The notes under the pieces were generated by a model, which searched no databases, was not told where the DNA came from, and saw only the letters and a program-made list of their open reading frames with translations. The position numbers and the translations under genes are program-made. From NCBI GenBank assembly GCA_965248575.1, contig CBDFJQ010000002.1, forward strand, positions 5,024,001-5,088,000: a stretch of 64,000 nucleotides of DNA, read 5' to 3'. The stretch comes from Planctomycetota bacterium. GTDB lineage: Bacteria; Planctomycetota; B15-G4. Positions within the stretch are counted from its first letter, which is position 1. Every line of letters begins with the position of its first letter. This document shows positions 57,083 to 64,000 of the stretch, piece by piece.

Positions 57083-58471
57083 GTGTTATTCAATGAACTG
57101 CTTTTCGTCGTCTTCTTCGCCTTGGTCTTCGGGGTGCATTGGGCGCTGCGCAAGAACAGCCATCGCAAGAGCTGGCTGCTGCTCTCCAGCTGGGCGTTCT
57201 ACTCCGCCTGGGATGTGCGCTTCCTGTCGCTGATCCTGATCTCGACGGTCATCGACTACACGGCGGCCCTGCGCATCCAGGGTTCGAAGGATGCCGGCGT
57301 GCGGAAGCGTTGGGTGAGCGTCAGCCTCGTGGCAAACCTCGGGCTGCTGGGGGTCTTCAAGTACTTCAACTTCTTCGCAGAGGGCGCTGCAGAGTTGGGG
57401 CGGATGCTGGGCTTCGAGCTGGGCCCCGTCGCTCTCGATCTGGTGCTTCCGGTCGGGATCAGCTTCTACACCTTTCAGACGCTGAGCTACACGCTGGATG
57501 TGTACCGGGGCCAGCTCCAAGCCCGGCGCGACTTCCGGGATGTTGCGCTCTTCGTGGCGTTCTTTCCGCAGCTCGTGGCCGGCCCCATCGTGCGCGCCTC
57601 GACCTTCCTGCCGCAGTTGGAGACCAGGCGCGAGGCGACGGAGGTTCACTGGCGGCCCCTCTGCTCACTGTTCTTCCTCGGCTGGCTCAAGAAGGCCTGC
57701 GTGTCCGACCAGGTGGCGCCCGTCGTCGATGCGGTGTTCGCTGACCCGACCGCCTATGGCTTGTTCGACCACTGGCTGGCGAGTTTGCTCTACGCGCTGC
57801 AGATCTACTGCGACTTCTCGGGCTACTCGGACATGGCCATCGCGACGGCGGGCATGCTGGGCTACGCCCTGCCGCTCAACTTCAACTACCCGTACCTCGC
57901 TGCGAACATCAGTGATTTCTGGAGGCGCTGGCACATCAGCCTGTCGAGCTGGTTCCGGGACTACCTGTATGTGCCGCTTGGCGGTAACCGCTCCTCACCG
58001 ATCCGAACCTACTTCAACCTGGCCACGGTCTTCCTGCTTTGCGGCCTGTGGCATGGCGCGAGCTGGTCCTTCGTCGTCTGGGGGCTCTACCATGGTCTCT
58101 TCCTCGTCATCGAACGGCGCGCTGGTTGGAGCCGCAGGAAGCGTTCCGGTCTGATTACACGCGTGCTCACCTTGGTCATCGTCCTGGTGGGTTGGGTGAT
58201 CTTCCGCAGCCAGGATCTGACCACTGCCGGGACGGTCCTGGGACAGATGTTTGCCGGTGCCAGCGCGGGCAAGGAAGCCGTGGATCCGGACTGGTGGTTC
58301 CTCTTGCCCGTGTTCGCCGTCGCTCACTGGGGGATGAGCCGAGGCTGGATGTCAGAACGCGTCGAGCGCATGTCGGATTGGACCTATGCCGCGTGCTACG
58401 GCGTTGCCCTGGCGGTAGCCCTGCCCTTCGCGGCGACGGGTTACCAGGCGTTCATCTACTTCCAGTTCTGA
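57083..58471 (+). CDS. MBOAT family O-acyltransferase (AlgI/PatA/DltB-like)
   Basis: LPVGISFYTFQ; FFPQLVAGPI; QIYCDFSGYSDMA; FWRRWHISLS; GLWHGA; C-terminal FIYFQF. Confidence 0.95.
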   Translation: MLFNELLFVVFFALVFGVHWALRKNSHRKSWLLLSSWAFYSAWDVRFLSLILISTVIDYTAALRIQGSKDAGVRKRWVSVSLVANLGLLGVFKYFNFFAEGAAELGRMLGFELGPVALDLVLPVGISFYTFQTLSYTLDVYRGQLQARRDFRDVALFVAFFPQLVAGPIVRASTFLPQLETRREATEVHWRPLCSLFFLGWLKKACVSDQVAPVVDAVFADPTAYGLFDHWLASLLYALQIYCDFSGYSDMAIATAGMLGYALPLNFNYPYLAANISDFWRRWHISLSSWFRDYLYVPLGGNRSSPIRTYFNLATVFLLCGLWHGASWSFVVWGLYHGLFLVIERRAGWSRRKRSGLITRVLTLVIVLVGWVIFRSQDLTTAGTVLGQMFAGASAGKEAVDPDWWFLLPVFAVAHWGMSRGWMSERVERMSDWTYAACYGVALAVALPFAATGYQAFIYFQF

Positions 58472-58476
58472 ACCGC

Positions 58477-59388
58477 TCAGGGACTCGCGCGACTGACCAC
58501 CGAGGGGACACCCTCGATGAAGCTCAGCATGGCAGGTCCGTAGTCCGTCCAGAGCTGTTCGGGTGCCATGGAACGCGCACGGCTGGGCAGCTCCATGGTG
58601 AGGATCGGCGTGTCGCGATCTGTTCCGACGAAGGAACCGAGTGAACCTGGGCGAGAGCCAATGCGCTTGGCTGGCAGTCCGCAGGCTCGTCCCACGGACC
58701 GGGCGAGGGCTTCCGCCGGGCCGTCCCAATCCATGACGCCCACCCAGCCGTGGATGCTGAGCACACGCCCCGGCTGGAACCGGTCGAGCAGCGCAGCCAG
58801 GCCGGCCGACTCGGGCTCCGAGAGTGGCTCGCTGCCTGCCGTGCGCATTGACATCCTGTTTGCTGCGGGAAAGTTGCGATTCAGGTCGACCCTGTTGGCG
58901 TTCAGCCGCTGCTTGGCAGCCACGCCGTCCGGGTTGAGTGCTGGCACGAGCACGACCTGAACACCCTGCACGAGTTCGGGGTTCTGGCTCAGGTGCTGCT
59001 CCAGGCGTTCCAGCAGCGGTGTCCCAGCCGCTTCATTGCCGTGGATGCTGGCGACGATCAGCACGCTGTCGGGGCCCCGGCCGTGCACGCTGTAGGGGAT
59101 GGGGCGTCCTTCCACAGAGAGCAGCTCAAGCGGCCCGATGTGGGTGTCGAGACGAGCAGCCTGGGCGCTGGGAGGTCTTGCCGAGGAGTCTCCCAGCAGT
59201 TCCCGCAAGGAGCTCAGGACCCCAGCGCGCTCGTCCTGCTTGCTGAGAGCAGTGCTCGGGGCCGCCGCGTCGCCCCCACGCGGGTCGAGAGCCGCCCTTT
59301 CACGCGCTGGTTGCGCGGGCGCCAGACAGCCGAGCGGGAGAGTGGACACGATCAGTGCAGCGAGCCACGTTCGTCGATGTGTGTTCAT
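58477..59388 (-). CDS. mpaA: M14 zinc carboxypeptidase, murein peptide amidase A-like, predicted lipoprotein
   Basis: SVEGRPI; IHGNE; NPDG...R.NAN.VDLNRNFP; SEPES; SIH; PGSLG; TMELP; LPLGC lipobox. Confidence 0.8.
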   Translation of the reverse strand: MNTHRRTWLAALIVSTLPLGCLAPAQPARERAALDPRGGDAAAPSTALSKQDERAGVLSSLRELLGDSSARPPSAQAARLDTHIGPLELLSVEGRPIPYSVHGRGPDSVLIVASIHGNEAAGTPLLERLEQHLSQNPELVQGVQVVLVPALNPDGVAAKQRLNANRVDLNRNFPAANRMSMRTAGSEPLSEPESAGLAALLDRFQPGRVLSIHGWVGVMDWDGPAEALARSVGRACGLPAKRIGSRPGSLGSFVGTDRDTPILTMELPSRARSMAPEQLWTDYGPAMLSFIEGVPSVVSRASP

Positions 59389-59582
59389 GGCTCCACTCCC
59401 TGTGACTGTCTGCCGCGCCAACTCCCCATCCTGCCGAAGCCTGCAGCGCCGTTCGAGACGCTATGCTCTGCCCGTTCTCAAGCCTTGGAAGCCGGTCGTC
59501 AGGAAACCGTGCACCCAGGGCCTTGACCCCGATCCAGCGAAGGTGCGGGTGCGTTGCGTCAGCAACGTGTCACAGCTGATAG

Positions 59583-61382
59583 ATGCCCCAAGACCGATCC
59601 CACATCGACCGACACACACGACGGCGCACAGCCCTGCTGCTGAGCCTCGTGCTGGTGGGGTTGGTGGGGTTCCTCTACGCACCGGTCACCGAGTTCGGGT
59701 TCGTCAGCATGGACGATCCCTACTACATCCAGCGCAACACCCAGGTGCAGGAGGGGCTGACCTGGGACGGCGTGGTCTGGGCCTTCACCGAACGCCGGAT
59801 GAGCAACTGGCACCCGCTTACCTGGATCTCCCACATGGTCGATGTGGAGTTGTTCGGGGACGACGCTGGGGGGCACCACGCCGTGAATGTCGCCTGGCAT
59901 GGGCTCAATGCGGCGCTGTTGTTGTGGGTCTTGCTGCGCTACACCAAGGCCCTCTGGCGTTCGGTCGTGGCGGCAGCCCTCTTTGCCTTGCACCCCTTGC
60001 GCGTCGAGTCGGTGGCTTGGGCCACGGAACGCAAGGACGTTCTCTCCGCCGCACTCTTCCTGCTGACATTGCTGGCCTATGAGCGCTATGCGCGGGGGCC
60101 GAGCGGACGGCGTTACGCGTGGGTGTTCGTGTGTTTCGCTGCGGCCCTGCTGTGCAAGTCGATGGTGCTGACACTGCCTGCCGTGCTTCTGTTGCTCGAC
60201 GTCTGGCCGCTGCGCCGGGTGTCCAGCGCCTGGGCTCGACCGGCAGGGGGGGCCCTCGAAGAAGGGCAGGTGACGGACACTGCCGTGCGTTCCCTCGGGC
60301 AAGTGCTTTTGGAGAAGGGGCCACTCCTGTTGTTGTCGTTCGGCTCCGCGCTCGTCACCCTCTGGGCTGCCGCCGACCGCGCGACGTCTTCGGAGGCCCT
60401 GCCTCTCGCCAATCGCCTGGCGACACCCGCCATCGCCTACATTGAGTACCTCAGCCAAGCGTTCTGGCCCAAGGACCTCGCCTGCTTCTACCCCTTGCCA
60501 CAGGGTTTTGCTGACGGGGTCCTGGAGCACTGGGTTCAGCAAGGGCGGGTGTGGGCAGCGCTGCTGGCGGGGCTGACTATCGCTGTGCTCATCGCAGGAC
60601 TGGGGCGTTGGAAGAAGACCTATCTGCTGACGGGCTGGTTCTGGTTCTTGGGCATGCTCGTTCCGGTGATCGGGATCCTCCAAGTGGGGAGCCAGGTGTG
60701 GGCTGATCGGTTCAGCTACCTGCCTCACATGGGGTTGGTGCTGGCCGTCGTCTGGGGGGTGCACGACCTGCTGGCGCGCGGCCGCGTCGGGCGCGTGTTG
60801 TGTGCTTTGCTCGGCGTGTTGAGCCTGGTGTTCTTGGCAGCGCAGACCCGGCCTCAGGTGCTCACGTGGCGCAACAGCTTCACCTTGTTCAGTCACGCCG
60901 TTGCCGTGACCGAGAACAATGCGCTGGCCCATGACCACTACGGTCGCGCCCTTGAGCGCCGAGGTGACAGCTCAGGGGCAGAGCTTCAGTACCGGGCGGC
61001 CCTGAAAGCGAGCCCCAGCTTTGTTCCGGCCGCCATCTCCTTGGCGCGGGTCCTGGCCGAGGGGGGGCAGCTTGAGGAGGCTGAGGCGCTGCTGCGCTCA
61101 GCGGGGAGCCAGGACCCCAGCTCCTTCGATGCCCACTTCGATCTGGCCCAGCTGTTGCTCTCCCGGGGCCGCGTTCAACCCGCCTTGGGGATGGCCCGGG
61201 AGGCTCACGAGCTGCGCCCCAACTCCTTGGAGGGAGCAGCTCTGGTGGGGCAGCTGGAAGTGGAACATGGTGATCTGGGGCAGGGGATCGAGCTCCTGAA
61301 AGGGGTCCTCGAGCGTCAGCCGGACCACGGGCCGAGCCGGGCAGCCCTTCGGGAAGCTCGTCGCCGTCGCCGGCAGCTTTGA
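59583..61382 (+). CDS. TMTC-like GT-C membrane glycosyltransferase with C-terminal TPRs
   Basis: FVSMDD; NWHPLTW; FALHPLRVESVAW..ERKD; ADRFSYL; W.NS..LF; TPRs. Confidence 0.88.
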   Translation: MPQDRSHIDRHTRRRTALLLSLVLVGLVGFLYAPVTEFGFVSMDDPYYIQRNTQVQEGLTWDGVVWAFTERRMSNWHPLTWISHMVDVELFGDDAGGHHAVNVAWHGLNAALLLWVLLRYTKALWRSVVAAALFALHPLRVESVAWATERKDVLSAALFLLTLLAYERYARGPSGRRYAWVFVCFAAALLCKSMVLTLPAVLLLLDVWPLRRVSSAWARPAGGALEEGQVTDTAVRSLGQVLLEKGPLLLLSFGSALVTLWAAADRATSSEALPLANRLATPAIAYIEYLSQAFWPKDLACFYPLPQGFADGVLEHWVQQGRVWAALLAGLTIAVLIAGLGRWKKTYLLTGWFWFLGMLVPVIGILQVGSQVWADRFSYLPHMGLVLAVVWGVHDLLARGRVGRVLCALLGVLSLVFLAAQTRPQVLTWRNSFTLFSHAVAVTENNALAHDHYGRALERRGDSSGAELQYRAALKASPSFVPAAISLARVLAEGGQLEEAEALLRSAGSQDPSSFDAHFDLAQLLLSRGRVQPALGMAREAHELRPNSLEGAALVGQLEVEHGDLGQGIELLKGVLERQPDHGPSRAALREARRRRRQL

Positions 61383-61385
61383 AGC

Positions 61386-61529
61386 TGTGGATAACCTGCG
61401 GAGCCAGAGAGCTACAGCAGGGGCTGCAAAGATGACAGAACTCATGGATCAAGCCGGAAAGTAACTATGCAAGCCGCTTGAGAGGCACTTGCCGGGAAGC
61501 TGGGGACTCTCCACAGCTTCGGTGGACAA
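61386..61529. promoter_or_regulatory. Cluster of DnaA-box-like motifs between convergent genes
   Basis: Perfect TGTGGATAA at 61386-61394; two-mismatch boxes CTCTCCACA (61507) and GGTGGACAA (61521). Confidence 0.4.
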
Positions 61530-61594
61530 GTACGCCTGGAAGAATGTTCCCGCCAGGCTCGCCCCGTCACTGGTGAAGGTGGGCGGCCCCACAC

Positions 61595-61615
61595 CGGGGC
61601 GAAACGCTCGCCCCG
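61595..61615 (-). terminator. GC-rich hairpin just downstream of the minus-strand TMTC-like gene
   Basis: CGGGGCGA / TCGCCCCG 8-bp stem, 5-nt loop; no U-tract. Confidence 0.35.
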
Positions 61616-61616
61616 C

Positions 61617-63269
61617 TCAGGAGTCGTCCGTTGCTTCGGAGGGGGCCTGGGCTTTGAGTTGTTCCTTGCGCCGCATGGCGCGCACGTTGACGAGATTCTT
61701 GGCCGCTGGTTCGTTTTCAGGGTCGCTCTTCACCGCCACCCGCAGGTGCTGCAGGGCCTCTTCGAAGCGGCCCTGCTGGGCCATCAGGATGCCCAGGTTG
61801 TTGTGGGCCTGCGAGTTCTTGGGCCGCCACTGGAGGGTCTTCTTGAAGCTCCGCTCTGCCGCGGCCTCGTTGCCGCGCTGCAGATGAATTTGTCCGATGA
61901 TCTGATGAGCCTGGGGCAGGCGCTCTTCCGCGGTGATCGCAGCCAGGCAATGCTGCTCGGCGAGCTCGAGCTCGTCCTGCGCGAGGTACTCGGCCCCCAG
62001 GAACAGATGGGCGGTGTAGTTGTCCTCGGTGACGGTCAGCGCGTGTTTGTAGAGCGTCTCGTTGTCTTGCCAGGTGGATGCCTGGGCACGGGCAGCCACG
62101 GTCAAGCTGGCAAGCGCTGCCAGGCTCAGGCCGCAGGCGACCCGCACGCGCGCGCGTGTCGCAGTGGACGTCTTGCCGTTCGTCGCCCAGGCGCCCAGCT
62201 CCCACGCAAGCATGATGCCCAGCCCGATGGTCGTGAGGTAGGTGTAGCGGTCGGCGCGTGACTGTTCGCCCACCTGCATGATGCCGATCACCGGGACGAG
62301 GGTGCCCAGGAACCACAGCCATCCCACCAGCAGCCAAGGCCGGAGACGGCGACGCCGTACGACCCAGATGGTGGTCGTCACGAGCAGCGCCAGGGACACC
62401 ATGGCCTGGCTGAAGTGCGGGCGTCCAATGTAGCCCGGGTGGGGGTAGAAGAACGCCAGCCCCGTGGGCCAGAAGCTGTTCACGACGTACATGACGTAGG
62501 CGTTGAACGCATTGAGGATGCGGTCAGCGAACCCAACGATCTCGACGGACTTGAGGGCTGCACCGGCGTCCTGGGCGAACACCGTGGCCAAGGCGGCCAA
62601 GGCCCCCAGCAAGAGCATCCACGCCTTCTCCTGCAGCACCGCGCGCAGCGGCCGAAGACCTCGCAGTGGCCAGAAGTCGAGCAGGAGCAGCACGCAGGGC
62701 AGGGTCACGAGCATGGGCTTGGCCAAGAGGCCCAGGGCAAACACCAGCAGGAGCACGCCGAAGGATGTCTCTGTCGGGCGTCGCGCATGACGCGCGTAGA
62801 CCCAGAGCGCGAGCATCCAGAAGCTACCCGAGAGCACGTCCTTGCGTTCGGAGACCCAGGCCACGGACTCGGCGCGCAAGGGGTGGACCGCGAAGAGGGC
62901 TGCCACCAAGGCGGACTTCCACACGCTGCCGGTCAGTGCATGCAGGGCCAGGAGCAAGAGCACCGCATTCAGGGCATGGATGCCGACGTTCATCAGATGG
63001 TGCCCGCCCGGCTCCAGGCCGAAGAGCGAGCAGTCGAGCATGTGCGAGACCCAGGTCAGCGGGTGCCAGTTGGCCATGCGCGACTTGGTGAAGGCCTCCC
63101 CAACGGCTTCCCAGCGCAGGCCCTGGTTGACCAGAGGGTTGTCGACCACATAGCCCGTGTCATCGAAGCTCACGAACTCGAAGGACCCTGCGGACAGATA
63201 GGGCACCGTCGCCAAGGCAGCCAGGGCGACGCACAGCGCCACCAGCACTCGTCTGTCACCGGTCGTCAA
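61617..63269 (-). CDS. TMTC-like GT-C membrane glycosyltransferase with TPRs (paralog)
   Basis: FVSFDD; NWHPLTW; FAVHPLRAESVAWVSERKD; ADRYTYL; AHNNLG TPR. Confidence 0.9.
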   Translation of the reverse strand: MTTGDRRVLVALCVALAALATVPYLSAGSFEFVSFDDTGYVVDNPLVNQGLRWEAVGEAFTKSRMANWHPLTWVSHMLDCSLFGLEPGGHHLMNVGIHALNAVLLLLALHALTGSVWKSALVAALFAVHPLRAESVAWVSERKDVLSGSFWMLALWVYARHARRPTETSFGVLLLVFALGLLAKPMLVTLPCVLLLLDFWPLRGLRPLRAVLQEKAWMLLLGALAALATVFAQDAGAALKSVEIVGFADRILNAFNAYVMYVVNSFWPTGLAFFYPHPGYIGRPHFSQAMVSLALLVTTTIWVVRRRRLRPWLLVGWLWFLGTLVPVIGIMQVGEQSRADRYTYLTTIGLGIMLAWELGAWATNGKTSTATRARVRVACGLSLAALASLTVAARAQASTWQDNETLYKHALTVTEDNYTAHLFLGAEYLAQDELELAEQHCLAAITAEERLPQAHQIIGQIHLQRGNEAAAERSFKKTLQWRPKNSQAHNNLGILMAQQGRFEEALQHLRVAVKSDPENEPAAKNLVNVRAMRRKEQLKAQAPSEATDDS

Positions 63270-64000
63270 CGCTGCCCCTCTCGCCCGGTGTAACCCAGGG
63301 CTCGCAGGGCTTCGATTTCCGCGTCGCCCAACTCCTGGCGTGTCTCAGGGATGCCGACGTCGAAGCGCTTCTGCAACTGCTTGAGGTGACGGCGCATGCT
63401 GGGGCCCAGCTCGCCCGAGGCCCGGGGGCTTTCGGCTTCGCCGCGCCGTCGCTCGAAGAGCTGGCCCTTCCAGCCGTTGCCCTCCCTGGTGAGCACGAAC
63501 TTGTGCTCCCCTTCCACCAGGGCGAACTTGGGGACGAGGGCTCCCCCGAGGGTTGCCATGTACGCGCGTCCTGTCCCACCGGAGAAGAGGGCCCGGCCGG
63601 GCGCCGACTGTTCACCCGTATCGAACGGCAAGCCCAGGAGATCCAGGACCGTCGGCATCACGTCGACCAGGCTGGCCACATCATGTCGCCGCTCAGGCGG
63701 GCGGCCGGGAATCCGCAACATCAAGGGGACGTTCACGAGCGAGTCGCTGAGGAGCTCTCCGTGGGCGAACCAGTAGTCGTCTTCGCCCAGCCCCTCGCCG
63801 TGGTCGGCACCAAAGAGAATCAGGGCCTCGTCGAACAGTCCCCTCGCGCGCAGGCCATCGAAGAGGGCGCCGATGGCCCGGTCCGTTTCGCGCACTTCCG
63901 CGTCGTAGCCCGCCAGGTAGAAGGCCGCGTCCTTCCGGCCCTCCAAGTACTGGTAATCGGGGATGCCGCCCAGACCGCGGGTGTCTTGGCGCACCTCCAA
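63266..64000 (-). CDS. Sulfatase family protein, C-terminal part (5' end beyond window)
   Basis: YDAEV..TD; GADHGEGLGE; HG......NVPLM; SLVDVMPT; terminal LRALGY. Confidence 0.88.
   Translation of the reverse strand: MEVRQDTRGLGGIPDYQYLEGRKDAAFYLAGYDAEVRETDRAIGALFDGLRARGLFDEALILFGADHGEGLGEDDYWFAHGELLSDSLVNVPLMLRIPGRPPERRHDVASLVDVMPTVLDLLGLPFDTGEQSAPGRALFSGGTGRAYMATLGGALVPKFALVEGEHKFVLTREGNGWKGQLFERRRGEAESPRASGELGPSMRRHLKQLQKRFDVGIPETRQELGDAEIEALRALGYTGREGQR

Overview
High-GC, gene-dense bacterial chromosomal window with about 45 CDS. I recognised no rRNA, tRNA, CRISPR array or mobile element. The protein repertoire (PKD-domain secreted proteins, Dx[DN]xDG repeats, sulfatases plus FGE, TMTC-like proteins, a CxxC...GxxxxCxxC zinc ribbon) suggests Planctomycetota, which is an inference. 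Highlights: (1) an overlapping-gene operon at 12.8-22.9 kb that reads as a trans-envelope electron conduit. It encodes an inner-membrane fusion of ferredoxin, circularly permuted TrxR-like FAD/NAD(P)H module and 4-His cytochrome-b-like domain, then a 23-heme cytochrome, an outer-membrane beta-barrel, and 7-heme and 11-heme cytochromes (41 CxxCH in total). System II maturation genes (ResB/CcsA) lie just upstream. (2) A SLOG-SLATT-SLATT membrane protein coupled by an ATGA overlap to a TIR-zinc ribbon-TM receptor-like protein, a candidate nucleotide-signalling or defence pair. (3) A BlaI/BlaR-like pair with three ACGAA-N4-TTCGT palindromes at exact 21-bp spacing and a His-rich, non-penicillin-binding sensor tail. 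(4) A prepilin-type protein with two CHIPPxNP...HLxHGD..GxC modules. (5) Tandem M12B proteases sharing a conserved C-terminal domain. (6) An intergenic cluster of DnaA-box-like motifs. The remainder is a MacAB-TolC-type exporter, an MsbA-like ABC transporter, an M16 peptidase pair, an MBOAT/SGNH pair, MpaA-like and TMTC-like genes, and sulfatases. All calls come from motif reading only; no searches were run.
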